NCBI GenBank assembly: GCA_963805625.1 | Contig: CAWDVE010000019.1 | Coordinates: 640,001-704,000, forward strand | Reading direction: 5' to 3' | From: an uncultured Candidatus Rokubacteria bacterium | GTDB taxonomy: Bacteria; Methylomirabilota; Methylomirabilia; Rokubacteriales; DASRDR01 | Length of the DNA: 64,000 nucleotides | Shown here: positions 9,404 to 19,063 of the stretch, in pieces | Layout: every line of letters begins with the position of its first letter | How positions within the stretch are numbered: position 1 is the first letter of the stretch | Notes under the pieces: model-generated | What the model was told of the DNA's origin: nothing | Databases searched by the model: none | Seen by the model: only the letters and a program-made list of their open reading frames with translations | Program-made: the position numbers and the translations under genes

Positions 9404-11338
9404 ATGACGCAGGCAGGGACGGCGGCGATGACGAAGGAGGCGGCGGCCACGAGGGCGGGCCTCCCCGGCGGATACGCGGGGCAGCTTCTCCGGGTGGACC
9501 TCTCGGCCGGCCGCGCGTGGGGCGAGCCCTGGTCCCCCGCCGACATGCGGACGTACCTCGGCGGCGCCGGGCTCGGCGCGAAGATCCTCTGGGAGGAAGT
9601 GCCGGCCGGGGTCAACTGGGACGACCCGGAGAACCGCCTGGTGCTCGGCACCGGCCCGCTGGCGGGCCTGCCGGTCTGGGGGACGGGCGGCCTCACGGTC
9701 GTCACGCGCGGCGCGATGACGAACGGCGGCACCTCGACCCAGGCCAACGGCTTCTTCGGCGCGAATCTCAAGTACTGCGGCTACGACGCCATCGTGGTCC
9801 AGGGGCAGGCGTCGGAGTGGACCTACCTCCTGATCCGCGGCGACCGCGTCGAGCTCCGCGACGCCCGGCACCTCGTCGGCAAGGACACCTGGGAGACGCA
9901 GGACGCCTTGAACGGGGAGCTCGGGTACTCCGGCCACATGCTGAGCGTCTACTCGATCGGGCCCGCCGGCGAGAACCTGGTCCGCTTCGCCGCGATCCAG
10001 GGCGACTACGGCCACGTCGCCTCCAAGAACGGCGTCGGCGCCGTCATGGGGAAGAAGCGGCTGAAGGCGGTGGCGATCGTCCGGGGCGGCGCCGCCCTCC
10101 GGGCGGCCGACCCGCGCGGGCTCATCGCGGCGGCCGACGACATCGCCAACGACCTCCGCACGAACCCCGCCGCCAAGACGCTCTACGAGTACGGCACCCT
10201 CCCGGGCGTCGTGAACCTGCTCGGGCTCGGCGCGCTCCCGATCAAGAACTACACGACGAACGTGCCCCTCCCCGGCGTCGACATGACGCAGTGGGAGGCG
10301 CCGGCGCTCCGGAGCGGCTTCGATCACCGCGGGCACCAGTGCAGCGCCTGCGGCATGCACCACTGCCACATGCAGGTGCTGCCGCGCGGCAAGCACAAGG
10401 GTGAGATCGTCGACGAGCCCGAGTACGAGGGATGGTCCGGGGCCGGCTGGACGATCGGGTGCACCGACCCGGTGGCCGTCTCCTGGCTCAACACGCAGAT
10501 CGACCGGGCCTGCGTCGACGTCAACGAGTTCGGGTGGCTCTGCGGCTGGGTGATGGAGTGCCAGGAGAAGGGATACATCACCGAGAAGCAGCTCGGCTTC
10601 CGGCTCGTCTGGGGCGACGCGGAGGCCGCGAGCCGGCTCCTGTGGATGATCAGCCGGCGCGAGGGGCTGGGCGACCTCCTGGCCGAGGGCACGAAGCTCG
10701 CCGCCGAGCGGCTGGGCGGCGGTGCGGCGGAGTGCGCGATCTACACCGGCAAGAACGCCTCGCCGCGCGGCCACGATCACCGCGGGCGCTGGGAGGAGAT
10801 GCTCGACACCTGCACCGGCTCGACGGGCACGCTCGAGACCGGGCCGGCGGTGTTCCCCGCCGAGCTGGGGTTGCCCGCGCGCATCAACCCGTTCGACCCC
10901 GAGCAGGTCGCGCGCCAGGTCGCCGGGCTCAACGGGCGGCGGAACTTCGAGGACTCGCTCGGGGCGTGTATCTTCACCACGCGGACCTACCTCGAGAACC
11001 TCACCCGCACCCTGTCGGCGGCGACCGGCTGGGACTACTCCCGCGACGAGGCCATGCGCTTCGGCCGGCGGATCGGCGCGATGTTCCGCGCCTTCAACCT
11101 CCGGTGCGGCATCGGCGGCGAGCTCGAGCGGCCGTCCAAGCGCTACGCGTCAACGCCGGTCGACGGGCCCGCCAAGGGACAGTCGATCGAGAAACACTGG
11201 GAGCGGATGCTCGACCTCTGGTACGAGGGCATGGGCTACGACCGCGCGAGCGGGCGGCCGACGCCCGAGACGCTCCGCGCTGTCGGCCTCGAGTGGATGG
11301 TGCCGGCCGTGTGGGGCGGCGACCGGTCCCCCCGGTGA
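9404..11338 (+). CDS. aor: tungsten aldehyde:ferredoxin oxidoreductase (AOR family)
   Basis: YAGQLLRVDLS, YLGGAGLG, IGPAGENLV, GVGAVMGKKRLKA, CSAC...C, EPEYE, DSLGAC. RBS AGGAG 7 nt upstream of ATG 9404 (alternative starts 9398/9428). Confidence 0.92.
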   Translation: MTQAGTAAMTKEAAATRAGLPGGYAGQLLRVDLSAGRAWGEPWSPADMRTYLGGAGLGAKILWEEVPAGVNWDDPENRLVLGTGPLAGLPVWGTGGLTVVTRGAMTNGGTSTQANGFFGANLKYCGYDAIVVQGQASEWTYLLIRGDRVELRDARHLVGKDTWETQDALNGELGYSGHMLSVYSIGPAGENLVRFAAIQGDYGHVASKNGVGAVMGKKRLKAVAIVRGGAALRAADPRGLIAAADDIANDLRTNPAAKTLYEYGTLPGVVNLLGLGALPIKNYTTNVPLPGVDMTQWEAPALRSGFDHRGHQCSACGMHHCHMQVLPRGKHKGEIVDEPEYEGWSGAGWTIGCTDPVAVSWLNTQIDRACVDVNEFGWLCGWVMECQEKGYITEKQLGFRLVWGDAEAASRLLWMISRREGLGDLLAEGTKLAAERLGGGAAECAIYTGKNASPRGHDHRGRWEEMLDTCTGSTGTLETGPAVFPAELGLPARINPFDPEQVARQVAGLNGRRNFEDSLGACIFTTRTYLENLTRTLSAATGWDYSRDEAMRFGRRIGAMFRAFNLRCGIGGELERPSKRYASTPVDGPAKGQSIEKHWERMLDLWYEGMGYDRASGRPTPETLRAVGLEWMVPAVWGGDRSPR

Positions 11339-11661
11339 AGGCGGCGCCGGCCCAGCCGCTCACGGTCCCCGTCGAGGTCCTGTCCTGGGTGAACCGGTTC
11401 GTCGCCGGGCCGGGGACCGGCCAGGTGACGGTGAACACGGTCGTGCCCCGGGGGTCGAAGGTCCGTGACGTGCTCCGGGCGATGTCGGACCGCTTCCCGG
11501 AGCTCGGCCGCGCCCTCTGGGACCCGACGCGGCCCCGTGAGCTCGGCGACAACATCGAGGTGCTCGTGAACAACGCCGTGCTCGGCCTGACCCACGACCT
11601 CGACAGCGAGGTGCTGGACGGCGAGCGGCTCACGCTCCTCGGTCAGTACATGGGCGGGTAG
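11335..11661 (+). CDS. MoaD/ThiS family sulfur carrier
   Basis: VLVNN motif and C-terminal GG. The GTG overlaps the aor stop. Confidence 0.82.
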   Translation: MKAAPAQPLTVPVEVLSWVNRFVAGPGTGQVTVNTVVPRGSKVRDVLRAMSDRFPELGRALWDPTRPRELGDNIEVLVNNAVLGLTHDLDSEVLDGERLTLLGQYMGG

Positions 11662-11711
11662 ACCGAGCTCAGCCGGCGGCCTCCGGGCCGCCCGACTCAC
11701 GGAGGGACCGC

Positions 11712-12353
11712 GTGATCATGCCAGAGGCGTCGCTGCTGGGCCTGTTCGTCGTGGCGGCCCTGGTGCTCCTCGTCACGCCGGGACCGGCGGTGCTCTACAT
11801 CGTCACCCGGAGCGTGGAGCAGGGGCGGCTGGCGGGGCTGGTTTCGGCGCTCGGCGTCCACGTGGGCACGCTCGTCCACGTGGCGGCGGCCGCCCTCGGT
11901 GTGTCGGCGCTCCTGGTCTCGTCGGCGCTCGCGTTCGACATCGTGAAGTACCTGGGTGCACTCTACCTGGTCTACCTCGGCGTCCGGAAGCTCGCGGGAT
12001 GGGACCAGCCCGCCGGCGGGCGCGCGCTCGCGCCCCGCAGCCTCCGCCGGCTCTTCGGCCAGGGCGTGGTGGTGAACGTCCTGAACCCGAAGACCGCGCT
12101 CTTCTTCTTGGCGTTCCTCCCGCAGTTCGTCGACGTCTCGAAGGGGGCCGTGGGCTTCCAGATCCTGGTCCTCGGGCTGATCTTCGTGGCGCTCGGCGTG
12201 GTGAGCGACGGCCTCTACGCGGTGGCGGCCGGCACCGCCGGCGCCTGGCTCAAGCGGGAAGGCCGGCTCCTCCGCGCCGAGCGGTACGTCAGCGGGAGCG
12301 TGTTCGTCGGGCTCGGCGTGACGGCGGCCCTCGCCGGCAACGGCCGGAAGTAG
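11712..12353 (+). CDS. LysE/RhtB family translocator
   Basis: TPGPA, KYLGALYLVYLG, NVLNPK...FFLAFLPQF. Confidence 0.92.
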   Translation: MIMPEASLLGLFVVAALVLLVTPGPAVLYIVTRSVEQGRLAGLVSALGVHVGTLVHVAAAALGVSALLVSSALAFDIVKYLGALYLVYLGVRKLAGWDQPAGGRALAPRSLRRLFGQGVVVNVLNPKTALFFLAFLPQFVDVSKGAVGFQILVLGLIFVALGVVSDGLYAVAAGTAGAWLKREGRLLRAERYVSGSVFVGLGVTAALAGNGRK

Positions 12354-12452
12354 GGGATCGCACCGCCGTCGGGGCTGGCCTCGACGGGGACGATGGCCCA
12401 CGTGGGGCCCACGTGGCACGCTGAGATCCGCCGACGTGCTACCATGTGCTAC

Positions 12453-12737
12453 ATGCGATATCGAAAGGGCGAGGTCGGCGTCCGAGAGCTGAGGCAGAAC
12501 CTCAGCGTCTACCTCCGGCGCGTCAAGGCTGGTCACACGCTGGACGTCCGAGAGCGCGGCACCCGGGTCGCCGTGCTCGCTCCGGCGAAGGGGCGATCGA
12601 CGGTGCTGGAGCGACTCATCGAGGCTGGCCGGGCTACGCCAGCCAGGGGGGACCTGCTCGACCTCGGGCGGCCCCTTGGCCGGCGGCCGTCTCGGCGAGC
12701 GAGCCGTGCGCTCGCCAGGCTCCGTGACGAGCGCTGA
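12453..12737 (+). CDS. Phd/YefM-family antitoxin (VapB)
   Basis: VGVRELRQNLSVYLRRV..G...RGTRVAVL. Coupled to a PIN toxin. Alternative start at 12444. Confidence 0.85.
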   Translation: MRYRKGEVGVRELRQNLSVYLRRVKAGHTLDVRERGTRVAVLAPAKGRSTVLERLIEAGRATPARGDLLDLGRPLGRRPSRRASRALARLRDER

Positions 12738-13135
12738 TGCCGCTCGTCTATCTGGATTCCTCGGCCCTGGTCAAGCTCGTCGTCGCGGAGCCGGAGTCCA
12801 GGGCCCTGATCGAGCATCTGGAGGAGTGGCCTGAGCGCGTGTCCAGCACCCTCGCATTGACCGAGCTGCCGCGCGCCCTCGATCGGGCGGGCCTGGGCGC
12901 CGCCGCGCATCGTCGTGCTCGGGAGGTGCTCGGACGGATCGCCCTGGTCGACGTCGACCGACGGATCCTGACGACTGCGGCGACGCTCGAGCCGAGCACC
13001 CTCCGGACGCTCGACGCCATCCACCTGGCGACGGCGCTGGCCGTCCGGGAGGATCTGGAGATGGTCGTGACCTACGATCGGCGACTGCGGGTAGCCGCCG
13101 AGCGCGTCCAGATCGACGTCGTGGCACCCGCATGA
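12737..13135 (+). CDS. vapC: VapC PIN-domain toxin
   Basis: YLDSSALVKL, LRTLDAIHLATA, TYDRRL. Confidence 0.9.
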   Translation: MPLVYLDSSALVKLVVAEPESRALIEHLEEWPERVSSTLALTELPRALDRAGLGAAAHRRAREVLGRIALVDVDRRILTTAATLEPSTLRTLDAIHLATALAVREDLEMVVTYDRRLRVAAERVQIDVVAPA

Positions 13136-13148
13136 GGAGGCCCAGCGC

Positions 13149-14069
13149 ATGGAGCTGATCCGGGGCATCGTTGCGGCGCCGGTGTTGCCGATGACCGAGG
13201 AGTTCGAGGTCGACTGGAAGGGGCTCCGTGATTACCTCCGCTGGCTCGTGCCGCAGGGGCCGACCGCGATCGCGATGAACATGGACGCCGCCGAAGGGCC
13301 CGCGCTCTCCGTCGAGGAGCGCCTCCGCGTGGTCGAGCTGTCGCGGGAGGCGGCCGAGGGGCGCTGCCCGGTGTGGAGCGGCCTCATCGCGGGCTCGACG
13401 AAGGAGGCCGTCCAGCAGGCGCAGGCCCTCGCCCGGGCCGGCGCCGAGGGGCTCGCGGTCTTCCCGCCCGTGCCCACCTTCATGGGGGAGCCGCTCCCGT
13501 GGCGGCTCCCGTTCGAGTACCACCGGGCGATCGCCGAGGCGACGGGGTTGCCCCTCTGCCTCTTCCAGTTCGCGCGGGGGCTCGGCCCGTCCTACTCGAA
13601 CGAGGCGCTCTGCCGCCTGGCCGAGATCCCGGAGGTAGTCGCGATGAAGGAGGCCACCTTCGACGCCGCGCGGCTCGTCGACACGCTCCAGGCTCTCCGG
13701 GACGCGCCCAAGCCGCTCGCCGTCCTGACCGGCAGCGACACCTTCCTCTGCGAGGCGTACATCCTCGGCGCGCACGGGGCGCTCATCGGCTTCGGCGCGA
13801 TCGCGCTCGACCTGCAGATCAAGATGTTCGAGGCCGTGCAGCAGCGCGACTACCAGCAGGCGCTCGCCATCTGGGACCGGATCGGCCCCATGGCGCGGAT
13901 GATGTGGAGCCCGCCGCTCCGCGACTACCGCCCGCGGCTCAAGGAGGCGCTGGTCATGCTGGGCGTCCTCCGCTCGGCGGCGGTCCGGCCGCCGCTCATG
14001 CCGATCTCCGACGACGAGCGACGCACGATCCACCGGCTCCTGGTCCACGCCGGCCTGCTGCCGGCGTAG
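13149..14069 (+). CDS. DapA/NanA (DHDPS-like) family protein, non-canonical
   Basis: TIM-barrel pattern with Schiff-base Lys in AMKEA and C-terminal VRPPL. The GxxGE position reads MDAAEG. Confidence 0.85.
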   Translation: MELIRGIVAAPVLPMTEEFEVDWKGLRDYLRWLVPQGPTAIAMNMDAAEGPALSVEERLRVVELSREAAEGRCPVWSGLIAGSTKEAVQQAQALARAGAEGLAVFPPVPTFMGEPLPWRLPFEYHRAIAEATGLPLCLFQFARGLGPSYSNEALCRLAEIPEVVAMKEATFDAARLVDTLQALRDAPKPLAVLTGSDTFLCEAYILGAHGALIGFGAIALDLQIKMFEAVQQRDYQQALAIWDRIGPMARMMWSPPLRDYRPRLKEALVMLGVLRSAAVRPPLMPISDDERRTIHRLLVHAGLLPA

Positions 14070-14083
14070 CCGCCACGCCGGGC

Positions 14084-14902
14084 GTGGGCGCGCCGGAGCC
14101 GGCCGCGGCACAGCGTCCCGCCCGCCGCGGGCTGTGGGTGGCGCGCGTCCAGACGGCGGCCGCCTTCGTCCTCATCCTGATCGTCTGGCAGCTCGTCGGG
14201 CTCAAGGTCCCGCGCTACATCCTGCCCACGCCGCTCGCGACGGCGGGCGAGCTGTTCGTCCGCGCGCCCCTCCTCGGCCAGCACGCCCTGGTCACGCTCC
14301 GCGAGATCGCGCTCGGCTTCCTCCTGGCCGTGGCGGTCAGCGTGCCCTGCGGGCTCGCGGTGGCCTTCTCGCGCTCGGTCGAGCGGGTGGTGATGCCGGT
14401 GCTGGTCTTCACCCAGCTCGTTCCGAAGATCGCGCTCGCCCCGCTGTTCATCATCTGGTTCGGCTTCGGCCTGTTTCCGAAGGTGTTCATGACGTTCCTC
14501 CTGTCCTTCTTCCCGATCGTGATCGACTCGATCGCGGGGTTCCGCTCGCTCGATCGCGAGATCGAGCACCTCATCCGGTCCATGGGGCTCCGGGCGTGGC
14601 CGGCCTTCGTCAAGGTGCGGCTCCCGCACGCCTTGCCTCACGTCTTCACCGGGTTGAAGGTCGCCATCACCCTCGCCACGGTCGGGGCGATCATCGGGGA
14701 GTTCGTCGGCTCGGACCGCGGTCTCGGGTACCTCCTCCTGGTCGCGGGCGGGGATCTCCGGACCGAGCTCCTGTTCGCCACGCTCATCGTGCTGACGGCG
14801 ATTGGCCTGGTGCTCTACTACCTCGTGACGCTGCTCGAGCGCCTGGCGATCCCCTGGCACGTCTCGCGGCGGGGGCCGCTCGGCGCCGAGGGCGGGCTCT
14901 GA
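14084..14902 (+). CDS. NitT/TauT family ABC permease
   Basis: ILPTP, PKIALAPLFIIWFGFG, AIIGEFVG...GLGY. Start uncertain (14084 or 14138). Confidence 0.88.
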   Translation: MGAPEPAAAQRPARRGLWVARVQTAAAFVLILIVWQLVGLKVPRYILPTPLATAGELFVRAPLLGQHALVTLREIALGFLLAVAVSVPCGLAVAFSRSVERVVMPVLVFTQLVPKIALAPLFIIWFGFGLFPKVFMTFLLSFFPIVIDSIAGFRSLDREIEHLIRSMGLRAWPAFVKVRLPHALPHVFTGLKVAITLATVGAIIGEFVGSDRGLGYLLLVAGGDLRTELLFATLIVLTAIGLVLYYLVTLLERLAIPWHVSRRGPLGAEGGL

Positions 14903-14980
14903 CCGCCTTCCGAGGCTTTGAGCGGTGCAGTATGATCGTTGCGCGTCGCGGGCCATGAGGGCCCGGAGGGGGAGGCGGTC

Positions 14981-15337
14981 ATGATCACGAAAGCGAGCAG
15001 CGGATCGACGTACCTCGACCTGGCGAAGATCGACTGGCAGCCGAGCCGGTTCCCGGGGGTGTGGAACAAGGTCCTCTACGAGGAGCCGTCCGGCCGCCAG
15101 ACGATCCTGACGCGCTTCGAGCCCGGTGCGAAGCTGCCGCGCCACCGACACGTCGGGCTCGAGCAGACCTTCATCCTCGAGGGCTCGCTGGTCGATGACG
15201 ATGGCGAGTGCACGGCGGGCAACTTCGTCTGGCGGCGGGCCGGCTCGGTTCACCGGGCGTGGTCGCCGAACGGCTGCATCGGCATCGGGATCTTCGAGCG
15301 TCCCAACGAGTTCCTGGAGGAGCCGGGACCGGCCTAG
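14981..15337 (+). CDS. ChrR-like cupin domain protein
   Basis: PGAKLPRHRHVGLEQTFILEG...GSVHRAWSPNG, with RBS GGAGG. Confidence 0.82.
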   Translation: MITKASSGSTYLDLAKIDWQPSRFPGVWNKVLYEEPSGRQTILTRFEPGAKLPRHRHVGLEQTFILEGSLVDDDGECTAGNFVWRRAGSVHRAWSPNGCIGIGIFERPNEFLEEPGPA

Positions 15338-15362
15338 GGGCCGCGCCGGCAGGGGAGGGGAT

Positions 15363-16358
15363 ATGCGACGGAGCTGGCGTCTTCTGGTCGCGGGAGCGGG
15401 GCTCGTACTGGCGGCGGTCGCGGCGTGGTCGGCGGCGACGCCGGGCGCCGGCGCCCAGGACAAGGTCACGTTCCGGATGAACTGGGCCTGGGGCGGTATC
15501 CACGCGCCGTTCGCGCTCGCCAAGGAGCGCGGCTATTTCGAGAAGGCCGGTGTGAACGTCGAGATCCTCGAGGGCCGGGGCTCGGCGGTCACGGTCCAGC
15601 TCGTCGGCACCAAGTCCGACACCTTCGGCTGGGCGGACGGCGTCAGCCTCACCCAGAACGCCGTGAAGGGCGTGCCGGTGAAGGCGGTGGCGACGATCCT
15701 CAACATCCTCCCGTACGCCGTGGTGTCCCTCGAGGAGACCAACATCCGGACGGTCAAGGATCTCGAGGGAAAGACGCTGGCGATCACTCCCGGCGACGGG
15801 CTCACCCAGACGTGGCCGGCCGTCGTCGCCGCCAACAAGCTGAACGCGGACTCCATCAAGCTCATTCACATGGACCCCAAGGCGAAGATCCCCGCGGTGA
15901 CGGAGAAGCAGGCGCACGCGCTCCTCGGCGGCGCGGATGACCAGGCCGTCACCATGGAGGTCAAGGGCTTCAAGACGCGGGTCCTCAAGTTCAGCGACCT
16001 CGGCGTGCCCTCGGTCGGCTTCACGGTGTTCGCCCACCAGGACACGATCAAGGAGCGGCCAGACCTGGTCCGCAAGGTGGTGGCGGCCACCCTCAAGGGG
16101 TTCGAGGACGCGATGAAGGATCCCGACGCCGCGGTGGCGGCCCTGCTGAAGCTCGCGCCGCTGGCGGACCGGGAGACCATCCGCCGGCAGCTCGCCGTCG
16201 ACCTGGGCCTGCTCTTCAGCGCGGCGAACAAGCAGAAGCGCCTCGGCTTCGGACCGCCGGAGGACTGGGAGGCGACGCTCGAGGTGCTCAAGAAGTACCG
16301 GGGCGTCGAGACCAGCCTCCCGGCGACCGCCTTCTACACGAACGAGTTCCTGCCCTGA
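15363..16358 (+). CDS. NMT1/THI5-like ABC substrate-binding protein
   Basis: Signal peptide, MNW...HAPFALAKERGYF, EGRGS, FYTNEFLP. Confidence 0.88.
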   Translation: MRRSWRLLVAGAGLVLAAVAAWSAATPGAGAQDKVTFRMNWAWGGIHAPFALAKERGYFEKAGVNVEILEGRGSAVTVQLVGTKSDTFGWADGVSLTQNAVKGVPVKAVATILNILPYAVVSLEETNIRTVKDLEGKTLAITPGDGLTQTWPAVVAANKLNADSIKLIHMDPKAKIPAVTEKQAHALLGGADDQAVTMEVKGFKTRVLKFSDLGVPSVGFTVFAHQDTIKERPDLVRKVVAATLKGFEDAMKDPDAAVAALLKLAPLADRETIRRQLAVDLGLLFSAANKQKRLGFGPPEDWEATLEVLKKYRGVETSLPATAFYTNEFLP

Positions 16359-16632
16359 CGGCGGGGGACACCGGAGGGCCTTCGGGGGGGCGGGCCGCCA
16401 GCTACGGCTGGCTCGTTCCCCGAGTCGTCCTCCCGCTGTTCGACCGGGCGCGCGGTCGCCGGGTGGGCGCGCGCCTCCGGCAGCTCCGCGCGGACCGGTG
16501 GTGCTCCTCCGGGCAGCTGGAGGACGCCGCGGTCGCGCGTCTTCGCCGGCTCCTCGGGGATGCTGCGGCCCATGTCCCGTTCTATCGACGGCTCCTGGGA
16601 GACGCAGGAATCCGGGCAGGACGGGCCGACGG

Positions 16633-18264
16633 GTGATCGCGCGAGAGGACGTCACCGCGGGGCTGCGACTGGTCTCGGAGCTGCCGGCGTTTCTGCGGCG
16701 CCGCGTGACGCCGGACCAGGCGCGGGGGGTCTTGCGCCAACGGCTGGCGACGCGGGGTGCCGACTTCCTGAGCCTGATCCGGCGAACCGTCTTCGCGCGG
16801 CCCGACGGCCCGTATCGGACGCTCCTGCGGGCCGCCGGCTGCGACTACGAGGATCTGGTACTCCTCGTCCAGCGCGAGGGGCTCGAGGGGGCGCTCGGCG
16901 AGCTGCGCCGGCAGGGAGTCTACCTCACCATCGAGGAGTTCAAGGGACGCTGCCCGGTCGTCCGCGGATCAACCCGGGTCCAGGTGGAGCCGGCCCAGCT
17001 GCGAAACCCGCTCTCGACGGTGCACGTCATCAGCGAGAGCGGCGGCAGCCGCGGCCCGCGCACCACCGTGGGGATGGACCTGGCGCTCGTCCGGGACCAC
17101 GCGGTCGACGCCGCGGTCTTCCTGGATGTGCGGGGCGGGCTCGGGTGGCGACAGGCGCTGTGGGGCGTGCCGGGCGGGTTCGCGATGCGAGTGGTGTTGC
17201 GCCTCGCGGCGGCGGGTGCGCCGCCGGTTCGATGGTTCTCCCAGGTCGACCCGAGCTCTCCAGGCCTGCACCCTCGCTACCGCTGGAGCGCGCGGGCGCT
17301 TCGCCTGGGCGGCCTGATCGCCGGCGTACCCCTTCCGTCGCCCCGGTTTGCGTCCCTCGAGCAGCCCCTGGAGGTCGCTCGCTGGATGTCGGAGACGCTC
17401 GACCACGGTGAGGTGCCGCATCTCTACACCTTTCCCACCTCCGCCGTGCGCCTCGCCGAGGCGTCGGCCGCGGCCGGTCTCTCGCTCCGCGGGGCGCAGT
17501 TCTGGCTCACGGGCGAGCCCATCACGGCGAGGCGGCTTGGCGTGATCGGCGAGGTGGGGGCGGACGTGGTCGGGCACTACGGAAGCAGCGAGTGCGGCGG
17601 ACCCGTCGCCTACGGGTGTCTTCACCCGCAGCGCCGGACCGACCTCCACCTGCTCACGGATCTGCATGCCCTCGTCCAGGCCGGGTCGTCCGACGACGAG
17701 AGCCGGGAGCTGCCGCCGCGGGCGCTCCTTTACACGTCACTCCGGGACACGGCGCCGTTCGTGCTGCTCAACGTGACGATCGGCGACGAGGCCGTGATGG
17801 AGCCGGCGACCTGCGGGTGCCCACTGGCCGAGCTGGGATGGGGCACGACGCTCCGACAGCTCCGGAGCTACGCGAAGCTCACGGCGGGCGGCATGAACGT
17901 GCTCGACGCAGACATGCTGGACGTCCTGGACGACGTCCTGCCGAGACGCTTCGGCGGCGGGCCGACCGACTATCAGGTGGTCGAGGACGAAGACGACCAG
18001 GGTCGCCCTCTCGTCCAGGTCCTGGTGCACCCGCGCCTCGGGGCCCTCGACACGCGCGCCGTCGCGGAGGCGCTGCTGGGAGCCATCGGAAGCGGCCACG
18101 GGGTCGAGCGGGTGACCGAGCTGGCCTGGCGGGATGCCGGCCTCGTACGAGTGGAGCGGCGGGAGCCCGCCGCGACCGCTTCCGGCAAGATCCGTCACTT
18201 TCACCTCGGCCGGGCGCGTGGCGAGACTCGGACGACCCGGTCCGCGGGCCGGGCGTCGTCGTGA
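16633..18264 (+). CDS. divergent PaaK/adenylate-forming-like protein
   Basis: ESGGSRG (P-loop-like), LTGEP, HYGSSECG, LYTSL...LLNV.IGD, CGC, terminal TASGKI. Confidence 0.65.
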   Translation: MIAREDVTAGLRLVSELPAFLRRRVTPDQARGVLRQRLATRGADFLSLIRRTVFARPDGPYRTLLRAAGCDYEDLVLLVQREGLEGALGELRRQGVYLTIEEFKGRCPVVRGSTRVQVEPAQLRNPLSTVHVISESGGSRGPRTTVGMDLALVRDHAVDAAVFLDVRGGLGWRQALWGVPGGFAMRVVLRLAAAGAPPVRWFSQVDPSSPGLHPRYRWSARALRLGGLIAGVPLPSPRFASLEQPLEVARWMSETLDHGEVPHLYTFPTSAVRLAEASAAAGLSLRGAQFWLTGEPITARRLGVIGEVGADVVGHYGSSECGGPVAYGCLHPQRRTDLHLLTDLHALVQAGSSDDESRELPPRALLYTSLRDTAPFVLLNVTIGDEAVMEPATCGCPLAELGWGTTLRQLRSYAKLTAGGMNVLDADMLDVLDDVLPRRFGGGPTDYQVVEDEDDQGRPLVQVLVHPRLGALDTRAVAEALLGAIGSGHGVERVTELAWRDAGLVRVERREPAATASGKIRHFHLGRARGETRTTRSAGRASS

Positions 18265-18277
18265 TCCGCCCCGGATC

Positions 18278-19051
18278 ATGTCGCCGCTGATCGAGCTCAC
18301 CGGGGTCTCCAAGACCTACGCGGCGACCGACGGGCTCGTCCACGCGCTCGAGGGCGTCTCCCTGGACGTGCCCACCGGGGAGTTCCTGTCCGTCCTGGGG
18401 CCGTCCGGCTGCGGCAAGAGCACGCTCTTGCTCATGATCGCCGGGCTGCTCGCCCCCTCGGTGGGCGAGATCCGCGTGGCGGGCCGCCCGGTCACGCGCC
18501 CCCAGACCGACGTCGGCATCGTGTTCCAGAACCCCGTGCTCCTCGACTGGCGGACGGTCGTTCGGAACGTGCTGCTCCAGGTCGAGGCCCGCGCGCTCGA
18601 CCTCGCCGAACACCGCGCGAAGGCCCGGGACCTCCTCCGGGCGGTGGGGCTCGAGGGGTTCGAGGACAAGTACCCGTTCGAGCTGTCCGGCGGCATGCGC
18701 CAGCGCACGGCGATCTGCCGCGCCCTGATCCACGACCCACCGCTGCTCCTGATGGACGAGCCGTTCGGTGCGCTTGACGCGCTCACGCGCGAGCAGATGC
18801 GGCTCGACATCGAGCGGCTCTGGCTCGAGCGCCGGAAGACCGTCGTGTTCATCACGCACTCGATCCCGGAGGCGGTCCTCCTCTCCGATCGGGTCGTGGT
18901 CATGTCGCCCCGGCCCGGGCGGATCGACGGCATCCTCGACATCGATCTGCCGCGCCCGCGGCGCCTGGAGGTCCAGGAGTCGCCCCGCTTCGCCGAGTAC
19001 CTGAAGGCGATCACGGATCTCTTCCGCGCGCGCGGCGTCCTGCGCTACTGA
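18278..19051 (+). CDS. NitT/TauT family ABC ATP-binding protein
   Basis: GPSGCGKST, LSGGMRQR, MDEPFGALD, ITHSIPEA. Confidence 0.92.
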   Translation: MSPLIELTGVSKTYAATDGLVHALEGVSLDVPTGEFLSVLGPSGCGKSTLLLMIAGLLAPSVGEIRVAGRPVTRPQTDVGIVFQNPVLLDWRTVVRNVLLQVEARALDLAEHRAKARDLLRAVGLEGFEDKYPFELSGGMRQRTAICRALIHDPPLLLMDEPFGALDALTREQMRLDIERLWLERRKTVVFITHSIPEAVLLSDRVVVMSPRPGRIDGILDIDLPRPRRLEVQESPRFAEYLKAITDLFRARGVLRY

Positions 19052-19063
19052 GCCGGAGGCCCC

